DNA of 64,000 bases, from NCBI GenBank assembly GCA_964036045.1, contig OZ038378.1, positions 105,214,001 through 105,278,000 of the forward strand. The letters run 5' to 3'. Position 1 is the stretch's first letter, and each line of letters starts with the position of its first letter. Made by a program: the position numbers and the translations under genes. The notes under the pieces were generated by a model, which was not told the origin of the DNA, ran no database searches, and saw only the letters and a program-made list of their open reading frames with translations. Positions 11,909 to 24,700 of this stretch are shown piece after piece. The stretch is from Eutreptiella sp. 'Long Island Sound 2002'. Its lineage: Eukaryota > Protista > Euglenida.

Positions 11909-12202
11909 ATGGACCTCAAACCCAAACCTGAGTTTGAAGGGTCAGTTGTGAAGTGTCGTCCCTACTCTGCCCCAGAAGGCCTAATCTACGAGGTTGAACG
12001 CCAGATATGTATAGATGCTGGCCTCGTTGAGGAGTATAAACACGGGGATTATTGCCGCCATTATAGCCCTTGTTTCCTGGTCGCTAAACGTGGCTCCACT
12101 GCTATGCGCTTAGTTGTTGACTATGGTGAGGTCAATAAAAAGACCCAGCACCATTCAGGGAGTATCCGGAACACGGAGAGCACCCAGGAACGAATCGCTT
12201 AG
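11909..12202 (+). pseudogene. Ty3/Gypsy reverse transcriptase N-terminal fragment, copy 1
   Basis: RPYSAP...GLVEEY...SPCFLVAK.GS..MRLVVDYGEVNKKT matches Gypsy RT domains 1-2 (SP.FLV.K; R.VVDY..LN). It is truncated before YxDD. Confidence 0.85.
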
Positions 12203-15200
12203 TAACCATTCAAATCTAAGATGCATAAGCGCAGTGGCTTCTGCTGCTCGTGGGCGCTTTGCTGCCCTATGCTCTTTTGTACTTGATCGCTCCCTTGCTC
12301 CTCTCCTTTGTATGCTGTGTTTCGAGACTGCTTTGCCGCCTTCTGCTCCTCCGCGTGTGGCGCTCCGCTGCGGCCCTTGCCTGGGCCCGCGGGCGCTTCT
12401 CCGCCCTTTGTGCGAGTGCGCGTGCACGCTTCGCCGCTTGTGCCCTCCTCTTGTGTCGCTCCTCTCCTCGGTGTGCTGTCTTTTGATGTTATTGTGCCGC
12501 CTCTGGCTCTATTGCTACCGAGGCTCCGCTGCCGCCTATGCCTCAGCTCGCAGATGCTGCTCCGCCCTTAGTGCAACGGCTCGTGGGTGCTTGCTGCTTG
12601 GTGCTCCGCTGCTCCTAGCCGCTACTCCGCTCCGGGTGCCGTCTTCGGAGCGTCCTGTTTTAGCCACTTGCCCTGCTGCCCCTGGGGCTCCGACGTCGCG
12701 TACGCCTTGGCCCGTGGGCGCCCCTCCGTTCCTTGTGCGACCGCTCGTGGGCGCTTTGCTGCCTATCACTCGATCGCGCTGCTGCTCCGTGTGTTTTTTT
12801 TCTTGGTGGCTGTGCTACCTGGTGCTCCTGCTGCTCGTGGGGCTCTGCTGCCGCCTATACCCGGGCCCGTGGGCGCTCCTCCGCCCTTTGTGTGACTGCT
12901 CGTGGGCTCCTTGCTGCCTGTAGCTCCGCCGCCCTTTGCAGCAAAGTAGGGTAGCACAGCAACCTACACAAAAGCACACATAGCCGATGAGCGAGGAGGA
13001 GCGGCGGAGCGCAAGGCAACACAACACCCGCCGGACGCCGCACAAGGGACACATGAGGGCCGGCAAGCCCAGGAGTAAGCAACAGGGGAGCCCCAAGACA
13101 AACCGAGCAGGAGGTACCACAGCCACCTCGCGAGACAACGCACGGAGCACGGGAGTACACGAAAGTGGCACAGCGATAGGCAGCGGAGCGCCCACAAGTA
13201 GATGCACAAAGGGCGAAGGTGCGCCCACAAGCCCAGGCAAAAGCCACAACAACAGCGAAGCACCCCACAGCCGGCGCACAAGAGGCGGAGGAGCTCCCAC
13301 ATTCCCAAGCATAAGCAATAGCGGAGCCTCAGGGTGCGGCAGAGCACGTGGCACCATAGCAACATCGGAAGAAGGCACGAAGAACAGAGGAGCGACCGAG
13401 AGCGGCGCAGCTACAGGCAACAAAGGGCCCACGAGCAGTCACACAAAGGGCGGAGGAGCGCGCACGGGCCAGGCATAGGCGACAGCGGAGCCCCACGAGC
13501 AACGGGAGCAAGAGGCACCACGGTGACCACGAAAAAAGCCACGCGCAGCACGAGATTGACCGGGAGCGGCAGAGCGACAGGCAGCAAAGCACTCACGAGC
13601 AATTGCACAAGGAGCGGAGGGGCACCCATGGGCCACGGCATACACAACGTCCGAGCCCCACGCACAGCAAAGGGAGGCAGCACAGGAAACTCGGAAGACG
13701 GCACCCACAGCGGGGTGGCGACCAAGAGCGCAACAGGCAACAGAGCGCCCACAAGCCGTCCGACTAACGGCGGGGGAGCACCCGCGAGCCGAGGCATAGG
13801 CGACAGCGGGGCCAAGGGAGCAATAGAGCGGGAGGCGGCACTGTAACATCGCAAGAAAGCACAAAAAGTAGAGGAGGAACCGAGAGCAGAGGGGCACAAG
13901 GCAGCGAAGCGCGCACGCGCAGTCGCACAAAGGGCGGAGGAGCGCCCACGAGCCCAGGCATAGGTGTCGGCGGAGCCACGAGCACCAAAGCACGGGGCAG
14001 CGCAGCAACCAAGAAACACGGCGCAAGGAGCCTAGGAGCGACCGGGAGTGAGAGCGCACAAAGCAGCGCCGGCGGAGGCGGAGGAGCACCTACAAGCGCA
14101 GGGATAAGAGATAGCGGAGCGTTAGGGGCGGCAAAGCAGGAGGCACCATAGCAATGTTGAAAGACAGCACACAAAGCAGAGGAGCGAGATTGGTTGGGCT
14201 CCGCTTTCGCCCATGCCCGGGCTCGTGGGCCCTCTTGTGCTCCTTGTGTGACCGCCCACGGGCGCTTTGCTGCCTATTGTGGTGCCGCTGCCTGTCGCTA
14301 TCCCGTTCCTTGGGCCGTCTTTCCCGTTCGTTGCGTTGCCACTTGTTCCGCTGCTTGCGGGGCTCCATTGTGGGTGATGCCTGGGCTTGTGGGCGCTCCC
14401 TTGCCCCTTGTGCGACTGCTCATGGGCGCCCATCTGCCCTTCGCTCTGCCGTCGTTGACCGCTCCTCGGCTATGTGAGTTGCTTTTCGAGGCCCCGCCTC
14501 CTGCTCCCCTTCTCGTGGGGCTTCTCCGTCTTTCGCGCCTGGGCTTGTTGGCGCTCTCGGGCCCCTTGTCTGACGTCCAATGGGCGCTGTGCTGACTTTC
14601 GCTCCGCCGCTCTCGGCCGCTCTGCTGCCCCTTGCAATGACTGTCCTAGCTCATTGGGCTCCGCCGTCGCTTATGGCTGGGCTCGTGGGCGTTCCCCCGC
14701 CCCTTGTGCGACTGCTCGTGGGAGCTTCGCTGCCTACCGCTCTACCGTTCTAGTTGCCTCCCTGCCGCCCTCTTGTCCCTTGCCCGTTGTCTTCCTGTAG
14801 CTTCCCTGTCGCCCAATGTGCTCCCCTGTTGCCAGTTTCTTGCATGAGAGGGGTGGCGGCAACGCTCCAAACACCTCTTGGTATTTGTTGATGAGCTTGG
14901 TAAGACAAGGGTCCACGGTACAAGCTCTATAGTTTATCAGAAATGTGTGTCTCCGCATGAAGGTTGCTCTTTCCTTTTTCTTGCCTTTTCATACGCCCCA
15001 CAGTTTCAGGGGGCAGTTCATCTTTATCCCAATCTTGGGGACCCCGCTGCGCATAGTGGAGTGACTACACCCGGGGTGTCTTAGGATCAGGGAGAGTCAT
15101 CTCTTCATCATTTGCCTCAGACCAGATGCAGGTTTTCAAGGTCCTCTTGAGGAGGTCCAGGCGGGTCCATAGCTCAATACCCTCAGCCTGAGCCCACAAA

Positions 15201-15227
15201 ACCTGTTGTAGGATCTGGACGTTCAAG

Positions 15228-15521
15228 ATGGACCTCAAACCCAAACCTGAGTTTGAAGGGTCAGTTGTGAAGTGTCGTCCCTACTCTGCCCCAGAAGGCC
15301 TAATCTACGAGGTTGAACGCCAGATATGTATAAATGCTGGCCTCGTTGAGGAGTATAAACACGGGGATTATTGCCGCCATTATAGCCCTTGTTTCCTGGT
15401 CGCTAAACGTGGCTCCACTGCTATGCGCTTAGTTGTTGACTATGGTGAGGTCAATAAAAAGACCCAGCACCATTCAGGGAGTATCCGGAACACGGAGAAC
15501 ACCCTGGAACGAATCGCTTAG
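15228..15521 (+). pseudogene. Ty3/Gypsy RT N-terminal fragment, copy 2
   Basis: Near-identical to 11909-12202. Confidence 0.85.
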
Positions 15522-18500
15522 TAACCATTCAAATCTAAGATGCATAAGCGCAGTGGCTTCTGCTGCTCGTGGGCGCTTTGCTGCCCTATGCTCTATTGTA
15601 CTTGATCGCTCCCTTGCTCCTCTCCTTTGTATGCTGTGTTTCGAGACTACTTTGCCGCCTTCTGCTCCTCCGCCTGTGGCGCTCCGCTGGGGCCCTTGCC
15701 TGGGCCCGCGGGCGCTCCTCCGCCCTTTGTGCGAGTGCGCGTGCACGCTTCGCCGCTTGTGTCTTCCTCTTGTGTCGCTCCTCTCCTCGGTGTGTTGTCT
15801 TTTGATGTTATTGTGCAGCCTGTGGCTCTATTGCTCCCGAGGCTCCGCTGCCGCCTATGCCTGAGCTCGCAGATGCTGCTCCGCCCTTAGTGCAATGGCT
15901 CGTGGGTGCTTGCTGCTTGGTGCTCCGCTGCTCCTGGCCGCTACTCCGCTCCGGGTGCCGTGTTCCGAGTTTCCCGTTTTAGCCACTTGCTCTGCTGCCC
16001 TTGGGGCTCCGACGTCGCGTACGCCTTGGCCCGTGGGCGCCCCTCCGTTCCTTGTGCGACCACTCGTGGGCGCTTTGCTGCCTATCACTCGATCGCGCTG
16101 CTGCTCCGTGTGTCCTTTTTCTTGGTGGCTGCGCTACCTCGTGCTCCTGCTGCTCGTGGGGCTCTGCTGCCGCCTATACCCGGGCCCGTGGGCGCTCCTC
16201 CGCCCCTTGTGTGACTGTTCGTGGGCTCTTTGCTGCCTGTAGCTCCGCCGCGCTTTCTCGCTCCTCTGCTTTGTGTGCTGTCTTTCAACGTTGCTGTGGT
16301 GCCTCCTGCTTTACCGCACCTGACGCTCCGCTATCTCTTATCCCTGCGCTTGTAGGTGCTCCTCCGCCTCCGCCGGCGCTGCTTTGTGCTCTGCCACTCC
16401 CGGTCGCTCCTAGGGTCCGTGCGCCGTGTTTCTTGGTTGCCGCGCTGCCCTGTGCTTTGGTGCTCGTGGCTCCGCCGACACCTATGCCTGGGCTCGTGGG
16501 CGCTCCTCCGCCCTTTGTGCGACTGCGCGTGCGCGCTTCGCTGCCTTGTGCCCCTCTGCTCTTGGTTCCTCCTCTACTTTTTGTGCTTTCTTGCGATGTT
16601 ACAGTGCCGCCTCCCGCTCTATTGCTCCCTTGGCCCCGCTGTCGCCTATGCCTCGGCTCGCGGGTGCTCCCCCGCCCTTAGTCGGACGGCTCGTGGGCGC
16701 TTTGTTGCCTGTTGCGCTCTTGGTTGCCACCCCGCTGTGGGTGCCGTCTTGCGAGTTTCCTGTGCTGCCTCCCTTTGCTGTGCTTGGGGCTCGGACGTTG
16801 CGTATGCCGTGGCCCATGGGTGCCCCTCCGCTCCTTGTGCAATTGCTCGTGAGTGCTTTGCTGCCTGTCGCTCTGCCGCTCCCGGTCAATCTCCTGCTCC
16901 GCGTGGCTTTTTTCGTGGTCACCGTGGTGCCTCTTGCTCCTGTTGCTCTCGGGGCTCCGCTGCCGCCTATGCCTGGGCCCGTGCGCGCTCCTCCGCCCTT
17001 TGTGTAACTGCTCGTGGGCCCTTTGCTGCCTGTAGCTGCGCCGCTCTCGGTCGCTCCTCTGCTCTTCGTGCCTTCTTCCGATGTTGCTATGGTGCTACGT
17101 GCTCTGCCGCGCCCTGAGGCTCCGCTATTGCTTATGCTTGGGAATGTGGGAGCTCCTCCGCCTCTTGTGCGCCGGCTGTGGGGTGCTTCGCTGTTGTTGT
17201 GGCTTTTGCCTGGGCTTGTGGGCGCACCTTCGCCCTTTGTGCATCTACTTGTGGGCGCTCCGCTGCCTATCGCTGTGCCACTTTTGTGTACTCCCGTGCT
17301 CCGTGCGTTGTCTCGCGAGGTGGCTGTGGTACCTCCTGCTCGGTTTGTCTTGGGGCTCCCCTGTTGCTTACTCCTAGGCTTGCCGGCCCTCATGTGTCCC
17401 TTGTGCGGCGTCCGGCGGGTGTTGTGTTGCCTTGCGCTCCGCCGCTCCTCCTCGCTCATCGGCTATGTGTGCTTTTGTGTAGGTTGCTGTGCTACCCTAC
17501 TTTGCTGCTGGTTGGGCTCCGCTTTCGCCCATGCCCGGGCTTGTGGGCCCTCCTGTGCTCCTTGTGTGACCGCCCGTGGGCGCTTTGCTGCCTATTGTGG
17601 TGCCGCTGCCTGTCGCTATCCCGTTCCTTGGGCCGTTTTTCCCGTTCGTTGCGTTGCCACTTGTTCCGCTGCTTGCGGGGCTCCGTTATGGGTGATGCCT
17701 GGGCTTGTGGGCGCTCCCTTGCCCCTTGTGCGACTGCTCGTGGGCGCCCATCTGCCCTTCGCTCTGCCGTCGTTGACCGCTCCTCGGCTATGTGAGTTGA
17801 CTTTCGAGGCCCCGCCTCCTGCTCCCCTTCTCGTGGGGCTTCTCCGTCTCTCGCGCCTAGGCTTGTTGGCGCTCTCGGGCCCCTTGTCTAACGTCCCATG
17901 GGCGCTGTGCTGACTTTCGCTCCGCCGCTCTCGGCCGCTCTGCTGCCCCTTGCAATGACTGTCTTGGTTGCTGTGCTGCCTCCTGCTCTGCAGCTCACGG
18001 CCCTCCGCCGTCGCTTATGGCTTGGCTCGTGGGCGTTCCCCCGCCCCTTGTGCGACTGCTCGTGGGAGCTTCGCTGCCTACCGCTTTACCGTTCTAGTTG
18101 CCTCCCTGCCGCCCTCTTGTCCCTTGCCCGTTGTCTTCCTGTAGCTTCCCTGTCGCCCAATGTTCTCCCCTGTTGCCAGTTTCTTGCATGAGAGGGGTGG
18201 CGGCAACGCTCCAAACACCTCTTGGTATTTGTTGATGAGCTTGCTCAGACAAGGGTCCACGGTACAAGCTCTATAGTTTATCAGAAATGTGGGTGTCCGC
18301 ATGAAGGTTGCTCTTTCCTTTTTCTTGCCTTTTCATCCGCCCGACAGTTTCAGGGGGCAGTTCATCTTCATCCCAATCTTGGGGACCCCGCTGCGCATAG
18401 TGGAGTGACTACACCAGGGGTGTCTTAGGATCAGGGAGAGTCATCTCTTCATCATTTGCCTCAGACCAGATGCAGGTTTTCAAGGTCCTCTTGAGGAGGT

Positions 18501-18571
18501 CCAGGCGGGTCCATAGCTCCATACCCTCAGCCTGAGCCCACAAAATCTGTTGTAGGATCTGGACGTTCAAG

Positions 18572-18865
18572 ATGGACCTCAAACCCAAACCTGAGTTTGA
18601 AGGGTCAGTTGTGAAGTGTCGTCCCTACTCTGCCCCAGAAGGCCTAATGTACGAGGTTGAACGCCAGATATGTATAGATGCTGGCCTCGTTGAGGAGTAT
18701 AAACACGGGGATTATCGCCGCCATTATAGCCCTTGTTTCCTGGTTGCTAAACGTGGCTCCACTGCTATGCGCTTAGTTGTTGACTATGGTGAGGTCAATA
18801 AAAAGACCCAGCACCATTCAGGGAGTATCCGGAACACGGAGAACACCCTTGAACGAATCGCTTAG
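18572..18865 (+). pseudogene. Ty3/Gypsy RT N-terminal fragment, copy 3
   Basis: Near-identical to 11909-12202. Confidence 0.85.
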
Positions 18866-21799
18866 TAACCATTCAAAGCTAAGATGCATAAGCGCAGTGG
18901 CTTCTGCTGCTCGTGGGCGCTTCACTGCCCTATGCGCTATTGTACTTGATCGCTCCCTTGCTCCTCTCCTTTGTATGCTGTGTTTCGAGACTGCTTTGCC
19001 GCCTTCTGCTCCTCCGCGTCTGGCGCTCCGCTGCGGCCCTTGCCTGGGCCCGCGGGCGCTCCTCCGCCCTTTGTGCGAGTGCGCGTGCACGCTTCGCCGC
19101 TTGTGCCCTCCTCTTGTGTTGCTCCTCTCCTCGGTGTGCTGTCTTTTGATGTTATTGTGCAGCCTCTGGCTCTATTGCTACCGAGGCTCCGCTGCCGCCT
19201 ATGCCTGAGCTCGCAGGTGCTGCTCCGCCCTCAGTGCAACGGCTCGTGGGTGCTTGCTGCTTGGTGCTCCGCTGCTCCTGGCCGCTACTCCGCTCTGGGT
19301 GCCGTCTTCCGAGTTTCCTGTTTTAGCCACTTCCTCTGCTGCCCCTGGGACTCCGACGTCGCGTACGCCTTGGCCCGTGGGCGCCCCTCCGTTCCTTGTG
19401 CGACCACTCGTGGGCGCTTTGCTGCCTATCACTCGATCGCGCTGCTGCTCCGTGTGTCCTTTTTCTTGGTGGCTGCGCTACCTGGTGCTCCTGCTGCTCG
19501 TGGGGCTCTGCTGTCGCCTATACCCGGGCCCGTGGACGCTCCTCCGCCCTTTGTGTGACTGCTCGTGGGCTCCTTGCTGCCTGTAGCTCCGCCGCGCTTT
19601 CTCGCTCCTCTGCTTTGTGTGCTGTCTTTCAACGTTGCTGTGGTGCCTCCTGCTTTGCCGCCCCTGACGCTCCGCTATCTCTTATCCCTGCGCTTGTAGG
19701 TGCTCCTCCGCCTCCGCCGGCGCTGCTTTGTGCTCTGCCACTCCCGGTCGCTCCTAGGCTCCGTGCGCCGTGTTTCTTGGTTGCCGCGCTGCCCCGTGCT
19801 TTGGTGCTCGTGGCTCCGCCGACACCTATGCCTGGGCTCGTGGGCGCTCCTCCGCCCTTTGTGCGACTGCGCGTGCGCGCTTCGCTGCCTTGTGCCCCTC
19901 TGCTCTCGGTTCCTCCTCTACTTTTTGTGCTTTCTTGCGATGTTACAGTGCCGCCTCCCGCTCTATTGCTCCCTAGGCCCCGCTGTCGCCTATGCCTCGG
20001 CTCGCGGGTGCTCCCCCGCCCTTAGTCGGACGGCTCGTGGGCGCTTTGTTGCCTGTTGCGCTCTTGGTTGCCACCCCGCTGTGGGTGCCGTGTGGGCCCT
20101 CCTGTGCTCCTTGTGTGACCGCCCGTGGGCGCTTTGCTGCCTATTGTGGTGCCGCTGCCTGTCGCTATCCCGTTCCTTGGGCCGTCTTTCCCGTTCGTTG
20201 CGTTGCCACTTGTTCCGCTTGCGGGGCTCCGTTCTGGGTGATGCCTGGGCTGGTGGGCGCTCCCCTGCCCCTTGTGCGACTGCTCGTGGGCGCCCATCTG
20301 CCCTTCGCTCTGCCGTCGTTGACCGCTCCTCGGCTATGTGAGTTGACTTTCGAGGCCCCACCTCCTGCTCCTCTTCTCGTGGGGCTTCTCCGTCTCTCGC
20401 GCCTAGGCTTGTTGGCGCTCTCGGGCCCCTTGTCTAACGTCCAATGGGCGCTGTGCTGACTTTCGCTCCGCCGCTCTCGGCCGCTCTGCTGCCCCTTGCA
20501 ATGACTGTCTTGGTTGCTGTGCTGCCTCCTGCTCTGCAGCTCACGGGGCTCCGCCGTCGCTTATGCCTGCGCTCGTGGGCGTTCCCCCGCCCCTTGTGCA
20601 ACTGCTCGTGGGCGCTTCGCTGCCTACCGCTCTGCCGCTCTAGTTGGCTCCCCTGCTTGGTGCGTTGTCCTTCTTGGTTGTTGTGTTGCCTCTTGCTTTG
20701 CCGCTTGTGGGGCCACTCTATCGCTTGCGGCTTGTCTCGTGGGTGCTCTTCCGCCCGCTGCTCATGCCTAGGCCCGTGGGCGCTCCTATTCCCTTGGTGC
20801 GGCTGCTCTTGAGCGCTTCACTGCATATCGCGTTGTCGCTTTTCATGGCTCCTCTTCTCCTTGCGATTCTTTTCTTGGCCTTTCTTCCCCGCCGTCCGGC
20901 CTGTTGCTGTGCTGCTCGTGGGGCTCCGCAGTCGCTGGTGTTTGGGCTCCGGGGCCCTCCCCCGCCCGTTGTGCGTCGGCTCGTCATCGCTTTGCTACCT
21001 ATTGCTTTGCCTCTCTTGGCCGCTCCGTTTTCCCCTGTGCTTGGGCTCGTTGGCGCTCCTCAGCCCTTTGTGCGACTGCTCGTGGGCGGTTGGCTGCCTC
21101 CGCTATCTTTCCGGGTGGCTGTGCTGCCTCTTGTTCTGCCGCTTGCGGGGCTCCGCTGACGCCTTTGCCCATATTCGTGGGTTTTTGTGCGCCCCTTGTG
21201 TGGCTGCTCGCGGGCACTGCCGCTCGTGATGGCTGCCCTGCTCTGTCTGTTGTTGTCCTTGGCTGTTGTGCTGCCCTTTGCGGTGCTGCTCGTGGGGCTT
21301 GGATGTCTCTGGTTTTGTCCCGTCTGCGTGCTCAGCGCCCTTCTAGCGGGTGGCCTTGCGCCCTTTCTGTTCGAGTCCACCCTCGTGTTGCAGTGCCGGC
21401 TCTCCGCCGAGGCACGAGGGTCTCAAACTCTAAATTACGGATCGCCTTCTTGTCGCAGCGCTGGTGGCAGGCCACACACCCAGGTTCCGCGAGTTTACCC
21501 TCGTGTCGCACTGCCGGCGTTGCGCCCGGGCAACAAGGGTCGCTGACTCTGATCGTCTGTCCGGCGGATCTCGCGCTTTGTTTGAAGCTTCTGGCACTGA
21601 GAGCTACCTCTCTCCCCGGCGATTGCCAGCCGGGGGAATCGTCCCATGCTGCGATTTGCGCCTCCGAGGATTTGGTACGCTCCCGGTATCGATGCTGTGG
21701 GCATCGCGGGACGAGGTTAGCTCCCTGTTCGCCGCCCTCACCCTTGTCCTCCCGCAATAGTAGTGCATGCGGGAACTGTCCCGCTAGCTACCATCTTGA

Positions 21800-24700
21800 G
21801 GGTTTTTAGACCGGTGCCAGGTAACAGGGGGGGGGGGGGGGGGTTGGGGGGGGGTGGGAGGCTGGGAGGGGGGGGGGGGTCAAAAATGTCGAGCAAATTG
21901 ACCGCCCGTATTTTTGGTCAAAATCATGAATTTTGGGTTTTTTTCCATTTGGAGCCGAAAAATGTTTCCGGGCCCCGACTCCATGGGGGCTGGGGCAGAG
22001 CTCTTATGCAATTTATGCAATTTTCTGCCCTTTTTGCTATGTTGGCGGTTTTGGCGACCTCAATGACCCCATTGTGAGAGGTGTGAGTGGGGTTGTTGTG
22101 ACAGTATATGCCTACTAGGCTACGAAAGGAGGTTTTTTGGAGTCTGTAGCTTTGCCGAGGGCCCGTCCAACCCCTTGCCAAAGGCGTGAAATGATGGTTT
22201 CTACCACGAATGGCTCACATGAGTGAATGGGCCGGTGCACAACCTACTCATGCATTTTTCCACCTTGGTTCGCTCAAAAAGTCAAGTTTTTGAAACTTAT
22301 TTTTCTAACATTGTGATCACCTAAAAAGACCATCCAAGGTATGTAAAGCATATTCTACGCCCTATTTATGTGATTTTCACCTTATTTGGGTCTTGGGTGC
22401 GGGGGGGGGGGGGTTCAAACGGGATTTCCACACAACCTGCTTATGCAGTTTCTCACCCTTTACAACTCAAAACTTGAAGTTTCCGAATTTTATTTTTTTT
22501 GATACTCTGATCTCTTAAAATGAGGATCCAAGATATGGAAGGCATGTTTTCGCCCATTTTATGTAATTTGTACCCCATTTTGGGTGTGTGTTGCTTGCGG
22601 TAGATTCTGTGCGAGGTGGATTTGCTGAAGGCAATAGAATCACCTTGCAGAGGTTGTTGGATTAAAACCAGGCAGTATATAGGGGAAAATGCCACATACC
22701 TCCCCATTTTGGGCCATTTTGGGCCTATCCGCCCACCCTATCTCAAGGGGTTGTATTGTTAGTTTAACCCCTTTGTAAAATCATTATTTTGTCCAATAAG
22801 CGCATCTCTCAATGAGTTTTTGGTCCGGACCCCCCAGACCTCCCCCACTTGAAACCCACTTTTTTCAGGTTTTGAGGGAGGTGTGTGGGGGGGTGGGGGT
22901 AGGGGTAAAAAAATGACCCTCCCTTTCGTTGGTTACAAAATAAGCAATCTTTTTGTTTTTTTCGATTTTGATTTCAAAAAGTTTTTTCGGGTCCCGACTC
23001 CATGGGGTTTGTATGGGGCGGAGTGGGATGAGCGCTTTATGCACTTTTCGGCCATTTTTGCTATCTTGGCGGTTTTGGCGACCCCGGTGACCCCGTGGTA
23101 CCCACTGTGAGGGGTGTGAGTGGGGATGTTGCGACAGTATCTACCTACTAGGATACGGATGCAGTATCTAGCCTTGCTTCGGGCTGGTCAAAACGCGTGC
23201 CCAAGACGCGAAATGACTGCTTCCACCAATATTGGCTTACATGAGTCAATGGGCCGGCCCACAACCTGCGTATGCAGTTTTTCACGTTGGGCAACACAAA
23301 AATCGAAGGGTCTGAAACGCACGGGGGGGCCTTGTCCTCGGTTCTTGTACGCGTCCCCCCCTCCTCCCTGCCCTCCGGGCCCACTTAGTTGCCAGGGGTC
23401 AACAGCTATTGGCCATACATATGGTGGCGCCGAAGGCGCCGCAATTTTTTTCATTCCCCTTGCCCTTTTTGTCCACTTTGCACCCCAACACTATCCTTGA
23501 ACCCAACCTTGACTCTAATGCCCTTCCCAACCCTCAGTCTACTCCTAACCGGGGAACGTCAGCGTGCCGGGCATCTTTTGTGACACGTGCCCTACCGGTG
23601 GACTGTTGCAGTTGATATGTTGGGCAACATTATATGGATTTGCCCCTTGGCGCACGGGACTTCAGCAAATGTTTTGATTTGGGATGGGTATGGACCTTCT
23701 CGTACCCGAGGTGATTTCTTTGATTTGGAAGTGGGGCGCCATGATGGTGCTTATAAAGGCCGGATTCATGTCATCGTGCCATTCATTGGAACCCTAGCCC
23801 TAACCCCACCAATATTGGCCTAGTGAATGGGCCGGTACACAACCTGCTTCTGTAGTTTTTTCACCGTGGACAGCTCAAAAATCGGAGTTTTGGAAATTTT
23901 TTTTTTATATTGTGATAACCTAAAATGAAAATGACCATCCAAGGTATGTAAAGCATTTTTTAGGCCGTATTCATGTGTTTTTCACCCTATTTGGGTATTA
24001 GGTCCGGGGGGGGGTCTCCCAACGGATTGGTACACAACCTGCTTCTGCAGCTTTTCACCCTGTGCAGCTCAAAAATCGAAGATTTGGAAAATTAGTTTTT
24101 GATATTGTGATCACGTAAAATTTAAATGACCATCCAAGATATGTAAAGCATTTTTTAGGCCGTATTCATGTGTTTTTCACCCTATTTGGGTATTAGGTCC
24201 GGGGGGGGGGGGATCTCCCAAGGGATTGGTACACAACCAGCTTTTGCAGCTTTTCACCACGTGCAGACCAAAAATTGAAGTTTTCGAATTTTTTTTTCAA
24301 TATTGTTATCACCTAAAATGACCATCCAAGATATGCAAAGCATTTTTTAGGCGGTATTCATGTGTTTTGCACCCTAATTGGGCATTGGTTCGGGGGGGGG
24401 GCTCTCCCAAGGGTTTGGTACACAACCTGTTTCTGCAGTTTTTCACTCTGGACACCTCGAAAATCGAAGTTTTGGAAACTTTTTTTTTTTGAAATTCTGA
24501 TCACCAAAAATGACCATCCAAGGTATGTAAAGCATGTTTTACACCGTATTGATGTGTTTGTTGCCCTGTTTAGGTAATTGGTGCAGGGGGGGGCCGTCAA
24601 ACGCGAATGGTGCACGACCTGCTTATGCGGTTTTTTAGCCTATAAAGCTCAAAAAACTGAAGCTTCCGAAAATCATTTTCATGATATTGTGATGACCTAA

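Larger units (their letters stand above)
11434..20643. repeat. Tandem triplication of a ~3.3-kb unit (11434-14753, 14754-18097, 18098-20643): Gypsy pol fragments plus pyrimidine-rich GC minisatellite
   Basis: Near-identical MDLKPKPEFEG ORFs start at 11909, 15228 and 18572 (spacing 3319 and 3344). The unit boundary motif is gttgcctccctgccgccctctt. Confidence 0.9.

Noticed and set aside
12114-21809. Many 100-300 aa Leu/Ala/Pro/Cys-rich ORFs resembling membrane proteins
   Set aside because: They overlap in several frames and derive from the ctccgccctttgtgcgactgctcgtgggcg minisatellite. No domain is present.
23490-23550. Telomere-like ccctaa motifs (also ~23795)
   Set aside because: Only one or two degenerate units are present, not an array.
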